Shown: one piece after another, positions 30,332 to 38,817 of the stretch | Layout of the letters: the number at the start of each line of letters is the position of its first letter | Numbering within the stretch: the stretch's first letter is position 1 | Origin: a virus | Virus record (IMG/VR): IMGVR_UViG_3300027111_000004 | Location: 1-40,689 of that record | DNA length: 40,689 nt | Direction: 5' to 3' (one strand) | Notes under the pieces: generated by a model | Database searches by the model: none | Seen by the model: the letters and a program-made list of their open reading frames with translations, nothing else | What the model was told of the DNA's origin: nothing | Translations under genes and position numbers: made by a program

Positions 30332-32381
30332 ACGGCCGCTGATGATGCCTCGGGCGTCGGTGGCTGCATCGGTTACGGCGGTAATTTCCGCCGCGAATCA
30401 GCCGGTTGAAAGCTGGTATTCGATGCGGGCCATGGCGCGCGGTAGCGTCGAGATTCTGCTGTATGACGAGATCGGCGCGTGGGGCATTACTGCCAAGCAG
30501 TTCGCGCAGGATCTGGCGGCATGCGGTGACGTGTCACAGATCAATTTGCGCATTCATTCGCCCGGTGGCGACGTGTTCGCCGGCATGGCGATTTACAACA
30601 CGCTCAAGGCGCATCCGGCTCGCGTCGACGTCTATATCGACGGCTTGGCCGCTTCGATGGCCAGCGTTATCGCGATGGCGGGTGACAAGGTGTACATGCC
30701 CACCAACGCCATGATGATGATCCATAAGCCTTGGGGTGCCCAAGGCGGGGATGCGGAAGCCATGCGTCAGTACGCCGATCTACTCGACAAGGTCGAGGGC
30801 ACGCTGGTGCAGGCGTATGCCAGCAAAACGGGGAAAACCCCGGAAGAAATTCACGCACTGCTCAAGGCAGAAACGTGGATGGATGGTAGCGAAGCGGTGG
30901 CAGCCGGTTTCGCTGATCAGTTGATTGACCCCCTGGTGGCTGCCGCACAACTCAATTCGAAACGCATGCAGGAGTTTGAACACATGCCGGCAGCAGCCTA
31001 TAGCAACCTGATGAACCCGCGTAACCAAGTGCCGGCCCCGGCACCTGCCCCCGCGCCTGCACCGGCGCCGAACAACGCCGCGACAACTGAGCAGATCCGC
31101 GCTCAGATCATCGCGGAGGAAAACGATCGCCGTACCGGTATCACCAACGCTTTCGGTGGGTTTGCCTCCGGCCACCCTGAACTGCTGGCGGCCTGCATCG
31201 GTGACATGGGCTGCACCGTTGAAAGTGCCCGGGCGCAACTGCTGGCCAAGCTGGGCGAGCAGACAACCCCGTCCAACCTGCCGGGCCTGCATGGCCATAT
31301 TTCCAACGGCAATCTGGTCGGTGATTCGGTGCGCGCCTCGCTGGAGGCGCGAATTGGTATCGCCGAAATTGAGGCCAGCAACGGTCTCAATCACATGCGC
31401 CTGAACGAGCTGGCCCGGGCCTCGCTGACCGAGCGCGGCATTCTCGTGGCGACCCTGAACCCGATGCAGATGGTCGGGCTGGCCTTCACTCACGGTTCTA
31501 GCGACTTCGGTCAGATCCTGCTCGACATCGCCGGTAAATCGGTTCTGTCGGGCTGGGAAGAGGCGCCGGAGACGTTCCAGCTCTGGACGAAGAAAGGCCA
31601 GTTGAGCGACTTTAAAACGTCGTCGCGTGTTGGCCTGGGCGAGTTCCCGAGCTTGCGCGAAGTGCGCCCGGGCGCGGAATACAAACACATTACCCTGAGC
31701 GATCGCGGCGAGCCGATCACGCTGGCCACCTACGGCGAACTGTTCTCGATCACCCGTCAGGCGATCATCAACGACGACTTGTCGCTGTTGAGCGACGTGC
31801 CTTACAAGATGGGTCAAGCGGCGCGCGCGACCATCGGTGATCTGGTTTATGCGGTGCTGACCAGTCCGCCAAAAATGCGCGACGGCAAGTCGTTGTTTGA
31901 TGCGTCGCGCAAGAACAACGCGGCCGGCCCGGGATCCGAACTGTCCATTGCCAGCCTGATCGCCGGCAAGACCGCCATGGCCTCGCAAAAAACGCAGGTC
32001 GAGGGTGGCAAAGCGCGCACTCTGAACATTCGCCCGGCCTACGTGCTGACCCCGGTCGCCCTGGAAGATCGCGCTAACCAGTTAATCAACTCGGCGTCGG
32101 TGCCGGGCGCTGATGTCAATTCCGGCATCGTCAACCCGATCCGTGGTTTTGCCAAAGTGATTGGTGAACCGCGTCTGGACGACAACTCTGCGTCGCAGTG
32201 GTACATGGCGGCCAAGCAAGGCAGCGACACCATTGAAGTCGCGTACCTCAACGGTATCGACACCCCGTATGTCGAGCAGCAGAACGGCTTTACCGTGGAC
32301 GGTGTGGCGAGCAAGGTTCGCATTGACGCCGGTGTGGCACCGGTCGACTTCCGTGGTCTGTACAGCGCCGCCGGGAAGTAA
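30297..32381 (+). CDS. Fusion of ClpP-family prohead protease, scaffold-like linker and major capsid protein (694 aa; start uncertain)
   Basis: The N-terminal third has ClpP motifs (INLRIHSPGGDVFAGMAIYNTL, IDGLAASMASVIAMAG, MMMIHKPW). Then comes a (PA)7 linker and helical region. The C-terminal ~330 aa is capsid-like (gpT/HK97-fold type). There is no separate capsid ORF. Confidence 0.8.
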   Translation: MQTFQARKNKRKRPLMMPRASVAASVTAVISAANQPVESWYSMRAMARGSVEILLYDEIGAWGITAKQFAQDLAACGDVSQINLRIHSPGGDVFAGMAIYNTLKAHPARVDVYIDGLAASMASVIAMAGDKVYMPTNAMMMIHKPWGAQGGDAEAMRQYADLLDKVEGTLVQAYASKTGKTPEEIHALLKAETWMDGSEAVAAGFADQLIDPLVAAAQLNSKRMQEFEHMPAAAYSNLMNPRNQVPAPAPAPAPAPAPNNAATTEQIRAQIIAEENDRRTGITNAFGGFASGHPELLAACIGDMGCTVESARAQLLAKLGEQTTPSNLPGLHGHISNGNLVGDSVRASLEARIGIAEIEASNGLNHMRLNELARASLTERGILVATLNPMQMVGLAFTHGSSDFGQILLDIAGKSVLSGWEEAPETFQLWTKKGQLSDFKTSSRVGLGEFPSLREVRPGAEYKHITLSDRGEPITLATYGELFSITRQAIINDDLSLLSDVPYKMGQAARATIGDLVYAVLTSPPKMRDGKSLFDASRKNNAAGPGSELSIASLIAGKTAMASQKTQVEGGKARTLNIRPAYVLTPVALEDRANQLINSASVPGADVNSGIVNPIRGFAKVIGEPRLDDNSASQWYMAAKQGSDTIEVAYLNGIDTPYVEQQNGFTVDGVASKVRIDAGVAPVDFRGLYSAAGK

Positions 32382-32397
32382 TTCCGATAACCCTGAG

Positions 32398-32427
32398 AAC
32401 CCCGCCGAGTGCGGGGTTTGTTGTTTC
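32398..32427 (+). terminator. Terminator-like hairpin after the capsid gene
   Basis: CCCCGC-cgagt-GCGGGG followed by TTTGTTGTTTC. Confidence 0.55.
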
Positions 32428-32448
32428 TGCGTTCTGGAGATTTGAACG

Positions 32449-32763
32449 ATGGCTAAGAATTATCAAGGCGTTGGCATGCAGCGCACTTTCGTATCGCCTA
32501 CGGGCGGCACTGCCGCCGGCGTGCCGGTGGTGATCAATGCGCTGGTCGCGGTCCCGCTGGAGGATACCGTGAAGGGTCAGCCCTTTACTGGCGTGCTGGG
32601 CGGGTCCTGGGTGTTGCCCGTCACTGGCGCGCTGAAGGCGGGCGTCAAGGTCAGTCTGTTGAGTGGCGGGCTGGTGGCTGATGGTACGTCTGACGCGGTG
32701 CCCTTCGGCAAGTTGCTGACAGACGCTGCCGGCGGTTTCGCTGAAGCGTTGCTGATTCAATGA
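32449..32763 (+). CDS. DUF2190-like head decoration/accessory protein (104 aa)
   Basis: GGAGA RBS. A Gly/Val-rich beta-type small protein directly after the protease-capsid fusion, a pairing I recall from prophage annotations. Confidence 0.55.
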   Translation: MAKNYQGVGMQRTFVSPTGGTAAGVPVVINALVAVPLEDTVKGQPFTGVLGGSWVLPVTGALKAGVKVSLLSGGLVADGTSDAVPFGKLLTDAAGGFAEALLIQ

Positions 32764-33146
32764 CGGCCGCCGGGCGCTTTCGTGAGCTGGCGGCCCGCAT
32801 GGACGCCGTGCTGGTCGATCGCTTGGGCGACCCGGCGACGCTGGCCGACGGTCGCCAGATCAAGGGGGCCTTTGCTTCGCCGTTTGTCGGCGCCGAAATC
32901 GGCGGCGGCAAGGGCGGGGCGGTGCGCTTGGGGTCGGCGATCAATGCGGACGCGGTGCTGGAGCCGACTCTAACCGTGCGGTTGGTCGACGTGCCTGATA
33001 TCAAAAAGGGCGACTTTCTTACCATCGATTTGCCGGCCTATTTGGGCGGCGGCCGCTACAAGGTCAGCCGCTTGAAGCCCGACGGTGCCGGCATGGTCGA
33101 TCTGGTGTTGAGTGTGGGCAATGAGCGAACTGACGACATTACATGA
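32760..33146 (+). CDS. Head-tail connector/head completion protein (gpFII/gp16-like beta-barrel type, 128 aa)
   Basis: ATGA overlap. The call rests on position and size, plus ...TLTVRLVDVPDIKKGDFLTIDL...GRYKVSRLKPDG. Confidence 0.45.
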   Translation: MTAAGRFRELAARMDAVLVDRLGDPATLADGRQIKGAFASPFVGAEIGGGKGGAVRLGSAINADAVLEPTLTVRLVDVPDIKKGDFLTIDLPAYLGGGRYKVSRLKPDGAGMVDLVLSVGNERTDDIT

Positions 33147-33633
33147 GGCGATGAAAAGCACGATCGCGGCGGCCATGCCTCGGTTCCTGCACGTCGAGCA
33201 CTTCCCCGAGCTGGGCTCTTTAGTGGAAACGCCGGCACTGCTTTTCGGGGTGACGGACATGACCTTGGGCACCGATCGCGGCGAAGGGAAAACGGCGCTG
33301 ATCGGTCGTTTTCAGTCGTGCATTCTGGTCGACGCAACGCGCAAAAAGGCCTCACTGCAAGCGTCCATTCTGGCGGCGCAAATGACCTCGATCCTGAGTT
33401 ATCAGTATTGGGGATTGGACTTCATCACCGGCCCGCCGGAGAACATCCACGCCCAGCCCGAGGCGCCGATGCCAGACCTTGAGCAGTTCGTTATGTGGTC
33501 GGTGCAGTGGACGCAGGCCTTTGAAATCGGAACGCTTGAATGGCCATGGCCAGACGAGCCGCCGGGTTCGCTGTTGTTTGGCTTCAACGATGACAAGAAG
33601 CCGGAGTTTTTCCCGGCAGAGGATCTGCCGTGA
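33121..33633 (+). CDS. Hypothetical virion protein (171 aa), possibly tail completion
   Basis: Overlaps the upstream gene and is coupled to gpV (GTGA). No motif recognised. Confidence 0.55.
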   Translation: MSELTTLHEAMKSTIAAAMPRFLHVEHFPELGSLVETPALLFGVTDMTLGTDRGEGKTALIGRFQSCILVDATRKKASLQASILAAQMTSILSYQYWGLDFITGPPENIHAQPEAPMPDLEQFVMWSVQWTQAFEIGTLEWPWPDEPPGSLLFGFNDDKKPEFFPAEDLP

Positions 33634-34205
33634 GTTATTCCGGGGGGGAGCATGACCGCATGATTGCGGCCATGGTGATGCCCTGTGCGGTCGTTGGGGT
33701 TGATCTGGCGGCCGGAGCGGTTCGGGTATCGAATGGCGAGTGGACGAGCGCCTGGGTGCGCTGGCACAGCCTCGCGGCCGGCAAGGCGCGGAACTGGCGA
33801 TCGCCGAGCCTGGGCGAGCAGGGGGTTTTGATCAGTCCCAGCGGGCAGGCCGGCATCGGAACGTTTATCCCGGGGCTGTACGGCAACGCCGGCGCCCAGC
33901 CCGACAACCGCGATCACGTCGAGGTCTGGCGCTTTGATGATGGGGGTTCGCTGGTCTACGACTGGAAGGCAAGCAGCTACACGATCACCGTGCCCAGCGG
34001 GACCGTGACAATCAAAGTCGGCGGTACCGAACTGGTCGTTACGGATAACGCCGTGACGGTGAAGTCTGGCACGGTTGACATTGAGGCTACGGTGAACATC
34101 AAAGGGCCGGTCAACATCGACGGGCCGTTACACGTAACGGGCAACATCGACGGCGACGCGAACATCATGGCCGCCGGCAATAGCGACAATCACCACAAGC
34201 ATTGA
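33630..34205 (+). CDS. Baseplate central spike, P2 gpV-like (191 aa, GTG start)
   Basis: [35 protein letters not shown]...[11 protein letters not shown] is the gpV OB-fold N-terminus. The C-terminus is repetitive beta-helix-like (VTIKVGG...VTVKSG...[21 protein letters not shown]). Confidence 0.85.
   Translation: MSYSGGEHDRMIAAMVMPCAVVGVDLAAGAVRVSNGEWTSAWVRWHSLAAGKARNWRSPSLGEQGVLISPSGQAGIGTFIPGLYGNAGAQPDNRDHVEVWRFDDGGSLVYDWKASSYTITVPSGTVTIKVGGTELVVTDNAVTVKSGTVDIEATVNIKGPVNIDGPLHVTGNIDGDANIMAAGNSDNHHKH
34037..34050. repeat. Dispersed palindrome copy (one arm mismatch)
   Basis: CGTTAC-GG-ATAACG inside gpV. Confidence 0.8.
34125..34140. repeat. Dispersed palindrome copy
   Basis: CCGTTAC-AC-GTAACGG with 7-bp arms, inside gpV (codons P-L-H-V-T-G). 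Confidence 0.9.
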
Positions 34206-34220
34206 TCAATCAACCATGCA

Positions 34221-34243
34221 GCCCGCCAAGTGCGGGCTTTTTT
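34221..34243 (+). terminator. Terminator-like hairpin after gpV
   Basis: GCCCGC-caagt-GCGGGC followed by TTTTTT. Confidence 0.6.
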
Positions 34244-34260
34244 GTGTCTGGAGGAAACCC

Positions 34261-34476
34261 ATGGCCAAGGCCACTGCAATGCCCGACGCTGATGCGTCGA
34301 CGTCGACGGATCTGCGTTTGAAGTTTCGCGACACGGTATTCACCTCGCGCACCCTGTGCATTCCTGGGAGCAAGCGCACGCTCGCCGTGATCGGCGCCTC
34401 GGTCGACGTCTCGGCGTCCGATGAACAGGCTGTGAAGTTCCTGAAAGCCCATCCCGAACTTGAAGCCCAGGAGTAA
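34261..34476 (+). CDS. Hypothetical small protein (71 aa) inserted between gpV and gpW
   Basis: GGAGGA RBS before ATG 34261. P2 has no counterpart at this position. Confidence 0.5.
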   Translation: MAKATAMPDADASTSTDLRLKFRDTVFTSRTLCIPGSKRTLAVIGASVDVSASDEQAVKFLKAHPELEAQE

Positions 34477-34481
34477 CGCAG

Positions 34482-34808
34482 ATGATCGGAATGGATCGCC
34501 AAACCGGCCAGCCCATTACCGGCATCGACAGCGTTATTCAGTCCATCGGCGACATTCTCAGCACCCCGTTGGGCAGTCGCCGGGAGCGGCCCGACTACGG
34601 CAGCAAGCTACGCACCTATGTGGATTTGCCGGTTAACGCCGGCTGGATCAGTTCGGTACAGGCTGAGGCTGCGCGGGCGCTCGGCCGCTGGGAGCCGCGC
34701 GTGAAGCTCAAGAGCGTCAAGGTGCGGTCTGTGCTGGGCGGGAAAATTGATTTGGTTGTCGCCGGCGAATACCTGGGCGACGACTTTCTGGCCGAGGTGA
34801 GCGCATGA
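34482..34808 (+). CDS. Baseplate protein, P2 gpW / T4 gp25-like (108 aa)
   Basis: GIDSVIQSIGDILSTPLGSRRERPDYGSKLRTYVDLP is the gp25/gpW signature. Confidence 0.85.
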   Translation: MIGMDRQTGQPITGIDSVIQSIGDILSTPLGSRRERPDYGSKLRTYVDLPVNAGWISSVQAEAARALGRWEPRVKLKSVKVRSVLGGKIDLVVAGEYLGDDFLAEVSA

Positions 34809-35692
34809 GTATCTTGGATCTGTCCGCGCTGCCGGCGCCGGACGTGCTGGAGCCGCTGGACTTCGAAGCAACCTATGAAGACAGCTTGAGCATGTTTCGC
34901 GCGAGCATGGGCGACAACTGGACGGCCAACCTTGAATCAGATCCGGTGGTCAAGCTGCTGGAAGTCGGGGCCTATAACAAGCTCGGCAACCGTGCCCGGG
35001 TCAACGACGGCGCCAAGGCGCTGCTGCTGGCCTACGCGACCGGAACTGACCTCGATCAGCTTGGCGGCAACGTCAATCTGCCGCGCCTGGTGATTCAGGC
35101 CGAGGACCTGACGGCGACGCCGCCAGTGCCTGAAGTTTTGGAAGAACACGACGCGTACCGGGAACGCATTCAACTGGCTTATGAGGGCCTGACCACGGCG
35201 GGGCCGCGAAACAGCTACATTCTGCACACGCGTAACGCTTCGGGTCTGGTGGCCGACGCCTCGGCGGAAAGCCCGAAGCCGTGCCACGTTACGGTAACGG
35301 TGCTGAGCGCTGAGGGGAAAGGCGAAGCCAGTGCCGAGCTATTGGACATTGTCCGGTTGGCTCTGGATGACGAGGACACCCGCCCGGTCGGCGATCGGGT
35401 CACGGTGCAAAGCGCCGAAATCCTTGAATACCGGATCGACGCCATCCTGCACATGAGCAGCGCTGGCCCGGAGGGGGACGCCAGTTTGACCGAGGCCAAA
35501 CGACGCCTTGCCGCGTGGATCAACCCGCGCAAACGGCTGGGGGTTGAGGTGGCGCGCTCGGCTGTGGACGCTCAGTTGCACATTGCCGGCGTTTCCCGGG
35601 TCGAGTTGGTGGGCTGGCAGGATCTGGCGCCTACCAAGGCGCAGGCGGCGTGGTGCGCCGGTTACGAAGTGACGATGGCGGGGGCAACATGA
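34805..35692 (+). CDS. Baseplate protein, P2 gpJ-like (295 aa)
   Basis: ATGA overlap with gpW. The N-terminus LSALPAPDVLEPLDFEATYE and overall length fit gpJ. Confidence 0.85.
   Translation: MSILDLSALPAPDVLEPLDFEATYEDSLSMFRASMGDNWTANLESDPVVKLLEVGAYNKLGNRARVNDGAKALLLAYATGTDLDQLGGNVNLPRLVIQAEDLTATPPVPEVLEEHDAYRERIQLAYEGLTTAGPRNSYILHTRNASGLVADASAESPKPCHVTVTVLSAEGKGEASAELLDIVRLALDDEDTRPVGDRVTVQSAEILEYRIDAILHMSSAGPEGDASLTEAKRRLAAWINPRKRLGVEVARSAVDAQLHIAGVSRVELVGWQDLAPTKAQAAWCAGYEVTMAGAT
35287..35299. repeat. Dispersed palindrome copy
   Basis: CGTTAC-G-GTAACG inside gpJ (codons H-V-T-V-T-V). Confidence 0.9.
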
Positions 35693-36291
35693 AAAGCCTG
35701 CTGCCGAGCAATAGCACGCCTCTGGAGCGGGCAATCGAGGCGGCTTTCTACGATCGAACGATTGTCCCGCTGCGCACGCTGTACAACCCCGACACTTGCC
35801 CCGTCGAACTGCTCCCGCATCTGGCGTGGGCATGGTCGGTCGATCGCTGGGATTACCGATGGTCAGAGGCGACCAAGCGCGCGGCCATCAAGGCGTCTTT
35901 CTACATCCACAAGCACAAGGGCACGATCGGCGCGATACGTCGCGTGGTCGAGCCGCTGGGCTATCTGATCGAAATTGTGGAGTGGTTCAAGACCGTGCCC
36001 GAGGGCGTGCCGGGCACCTTCGCACTGAAGATCGGCGTTCTCGATACCGGCATCACCGAAGAAATGTATCTGGAGCTTGAGCGCCTGATTGACGATGCCA
36101 AGCCCGTCACCCGGCACATGACTGGTCTGGCGATCAGCCTGGAAACACAAGGCAATTTGAATGTAGGCGTGACGCTCTACGACGGTGATGAACTCGATAT
36201 CTTTCCGCCGGAAATGCAGGACATTGAAATCACCGGCAGCTTCGGCATGGTCGGCCGTGAACACTCCATAGACATCATGGATATTTATTAA
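35689..36291 (+). CDS. Tail protein, P2 gpI-like (200 aa)
   Basis: MKSLLPSNSTPLERAIEAA...LLPHLAWAWSVDRWD...KHKGTIGAIRRVVEPLGY is the gpI signature. ATGA overlap. Confidence 0.85.
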   Translation: MKSLLPSNSTPLERAIEAAFYDRTIVPLRTLYNPDTCPVELLPHLAWAWSVDRWDYRWSEATKRAAIKASFYIHKHKGTIGAIRRVVEPLGYLIEIVEWFKTVPEGVPGTFALKIGVLDTGITEEMYLELERLIDDAKPVTRHMTGLAISLETQGNLNVGVTLYDGDELDIFPPEMQDIEITGSFGMVGREHSIDIMDIY

Positions 36292-38286
36292 ATGATTGAT
36301 GCGAACTCAAAGTTTTTCGCGATCCTGACGGACGTGGGGGCGGCCAAGCTGGCGAACGCCAATGTTTTGGGCGTGCCCTGGAACATCACGGAAATGGGCT
36401 TGGGCGATGCCAACGACACCGAGCCGCAGCCCAGCGCCAAGCAAACCAAACTGATCAACGAATGGCGCCGCCGTCCGCTGAATCAACTGCGCATCGACCC
36501 GGTCAACCCGGCGGTGATTATTGCCGAGCAGGTTATCCCAGCCGACGAGGGCGGGCGCTGGATTCGTGAAGTCGGTCTGTATGACGCTGACGGGGATCTG
36601 GTGGCGGTGGCCAACTGCGCGCCAAGCTTCAAGCCGGTACTGTCGCAGGGGTCGGGCCGCACGCAAGTTGTGCGGATGAACCTGATTGTTTCCAGCACGG
36701 CGCAGATCAGTCTCAAGATTGACCCGTCGGTGGTGCTGGCGACGCGTGAGTATGTCGATTCGCGCATTCTGGAAGAGCTGAGCAAGCTCGACATTAAGCA
36801 GTCAGTGCGCGCGGCGACCACGGCCAATATCGCCCTGGTCGGTTTGCAGGTCGTCGACGGTGTTTCGCTGAATGCCGGCGATCGCGTGCTGGTGAAGAAT
36901 CAGGCGGCCGCCAAGGATAACGGCCCGTATGTGGTGGCTGTGGGTGCCTGGGCGCGCGCCAAGGATGCCGACAACAACGCGAAGGTCACGCCGAATCTGA
37001 CGGTGGCGGTCGAGGTGGGTGCGACGCAGGCCGACACGATCTGGCAACTGGTGACCGATGGCCCGATTGTCGTGGGCACTACGGCGCTCGCGTTCAAGGA
37101 CATTACAGACGGCTTTGCCCGGCTGTTGTCGCCAAGCTTTGCAGGCAATCCCACGGCCCCGACGCCGGCGCAATTCGACAGCAGCAAGTCGCTCGCCACG
37201 GCGGAGTTTGTAAAGCGTAGTGGTGTCGAGTTCTCTGGCTTCACCACGAACGCCGCGAACTTGGCTCTGGCGGCCATGCACGTCGGTGGCCTTCACAGCT
37301 TTTCCGGTGCGGCGCAGATCCAAGCCACTTTGCCGCCGACGGCAGGTGTCGCGCAGGGCGCTACCATTACGCTTGTTTGTGCTGGCAATGGTGGGTTGAA
37401 AATTGTCCCGGCCGGTGCTGACGTCGTGTACACCTCGACCGGTGTGGCTGGTCCGCTGGTACTCGCCCTGGGCGACACGGCGGAATTCATCCGGCTTGAA
37501 AACCAGTGGCGTCTAATCGGGGGAACGGCGGCGCTCGCCTTCGCCGGTGTGATGGCGGGGCCAAACTTCACGACCCGGCCGCAGTTTGATGATTCCAAGG
37601 CTCTGGCTACTACGGAATTTGTGAGGCGAGCGCTTGGCAATTGCAAGGGGTTCGTTTCGGTTTCTGCCAACACCGTTTTGACACCGGCGCAGGTGGGTAG
37701 CTATGTCACATCGAATGTGGGGGTGGGTGCGGTCAACGTAGGGTTGCCGTTGCTCAGCTCGGTCGCGGCCGGATCGATGTTCACTATCTCCCATTCCTCG
37801 ACATCAATGACATCGTTTGCGGTGGCTATATCTGGCACCGATGCGCTTGTGTTTGAAGGTCTGGAGGGTAGCGCCGCACCTTATGTCATGGCGGTGGGTG
37901 AGACGTTGACTGTCGTATCCACTGGAGTTATTTGGAAAATTGTTGCCAGCAATGGTGGAAGGTTTCTGAAGCATGGCGGCGGGTTTGCTGCTGGGGCCGG
38001 CGTTCAGGGCTATCAGAAGCTGCCGAGCGGAACAATCATCCAGCGGGGCAGTGGCGCGACGGTTGATGGTGTGGGGACGGTGACATTTCCTGTCACTTTT
38101 CCTACCGCTTGCCGTCAGGTTCTGGTGGTGGAGTCGAGCGCTGCGAACTGGGTGGGGTCGAACTTTACGGTTTACGGCGTCGGTGCCAAGACGCAGTCAG
38201 GGGTCACAATCCGATCAATGAACTGGAACGGAAGCGCCTGGGCAGGGAAAAACGGCAACTTCGACTACATCGCAATTGGGGAATGA
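36292..38286 (+). CDS. Tail fibre protein, P2 gpH-like N-terminus with a divergent C-terminal receptor-binding part (664 aa)
   Basis: The N-terminus KFFAILTDVGAAKLANA...ITEMGLGD...IREVGLYDADGDLVAVAN is the conserved fibre attachment domain. Two collar-type motifs occur (PAQFDSSKSLATAEFVKR and RPQFDDSKALATTEFVRR). Confidence 0.85.
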   Translation: MIDANSKFFAILTDVGAAKLANANVLGVPWNITEMGLGDANDTEPQPSAKQTKLINEWRRRPLNQLRIDPVNPAVIIAEQVIPADEGGRWIREVGLYDADGDLVAVANCAPSFKPVLSQGSGRTQVVRMNLIVSSTAQISLKIDPSVVLATREYVDSRILEELSKLDIKQSVRAATTANIALVGLQVVDGVSLNAGDRVLVKNQAAAKDNGPYVVAVGAWARAKDADNNAKVTPNLTVAVEVGATQADTIWQLVTDGPIVVGTTALAFKDITDGFARLLSPSFAGNPTAPTPAQFDSSKSLATAEFVKRSGVEFSGFTTNAANLALAAMHVGGLHSFSGAAQIQATLPPTAGVAQGATITLVCAGNGGLKIVPAGADVVYTSTGVAGPLVLALGDTAEFIRLENQWRLIGGTAALAFAGVMAGPNFTTRPQFDDSKALATTEFVRRALGNCKGFVSVSANTVLTPAQVGSYVTSNVGVGAVNVGLPLLSSVAAGSMFTISHSSTSMTSFAVAISGTDALVFEGLEGSAAPYVMAVGETLTVVSTGVIWKIVASNGGRFLKHGGGFAAGAGVQGYQKLPSGTIIQRGSGATVDGVGTVTFPVTFPTACRQVLVVESSAANWVGSNFTVYGVGAKTQSGVTIRSMNWNGSAWAGKNGNFDYIAIGE

Positions 38287-38714
38287 TTATGTTGTTTAGT
38301 CCGAGTACGTGCAGTTTTTATGATCCTGCCATCAATGCCGTTTTGCCTTCTGATGCGGTTGAAATCGATGATGATTTTTATGCCGAGCTTCTGCGTGGTA
38401 ACTCTCGCGGGCAGATCATCACGTCAGATAAGCATGGTTACCCCTGCCTTGTTTCACCGGCAGAGCCATCGCCTGATTATTTGGCGGAGCTGGAACGTAC
38501 ATGGCGTAACGGTCAGCTTTTGTTGACGGATCCGCTGGTGTCCCGTCACCGCGACGAGATCGAGGCGGGCGACGCAACATCGCTCACGGCCGACCAGTAC
38601 ACGGAGTTGCAGGCTTACCGCCGGCAGTTGCGCGACTGGCCACAAGGCGAGCAATTCCCGTTGATCGATCATCGCCCGATCACGCCGCCCTGGCTGATCG
38701 AGCAAACCCAATAA
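38283..38714 (+). CDS. Tail fibre assembly chaperone, gpG-like (143 aa)
   Basis: ATGA overlap with the fibre gene. LTADQYTELQAYRRQLRDWPQGEQFP...RPITPPWL is the typical C-terminal motif of tail fibre assembly proteins. Confidence 0.75.
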   Translation: MIMLFSPSTCSFYDPAINAVLPSDAVEIDDDFYAELLRGNSRGQIITSDKHGYPCLVSPAEPSPDYLAELERTWRNGQLLLTDPLVSRHRDEIEAGDATSLTADQYTELQAYRRQLRDWPQGEQFPLIDHRPITPPWLIEQTQ

Positions 38715-38745
38715 ACGCCCCGCACTGACGGGGCGTTTTCTTTTC
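38714..38745 (+). terminator. Rho-independent terminator
   Basis: AACGCCCCG-cactga-CGGGGCGTT followed by TTCTTTTCC. Confidence 0.7.
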
Positions 38746-38758
38746 CGTTACGCGTAAC
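38746..38758. repeat. Dispersed palindrome copy
   Basis: CGTTAC-GC-GTAAC (GTTACGCGTAAC is a perfect 12-bp palindrome). It lies between two hairpins upstream of the sheath gene. Confidence 0.85.
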
Positions 38759-38772
38759 ACGAACACCCTCAC

Positions 38773-38797
38773 AGCCTCGCTTATGCGGGGCTTTTTC
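38773..38797 (+). terminator. Second hairpin/terminator-like element upstream of the sheath gene
   Basis: AGCCTCGC-ttat-GCGGGGCT (one G-U pair) followed by TTTTCG. Confidence 0.45.
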
Positions 38798-38817
38798 GTT
38801 TCTGGAGATTGACCCTT

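Noticed and set aside
31029-31070. The (CCN-GCN)7 Pro-Ala repeat considered as a microsatellite or contingency locus
   Set aside because: It is in frame, uses varied codons, and lies at a domain boundary of the protease-capsid fusion. It is a flexible linker rather than a slippage-prone tract.
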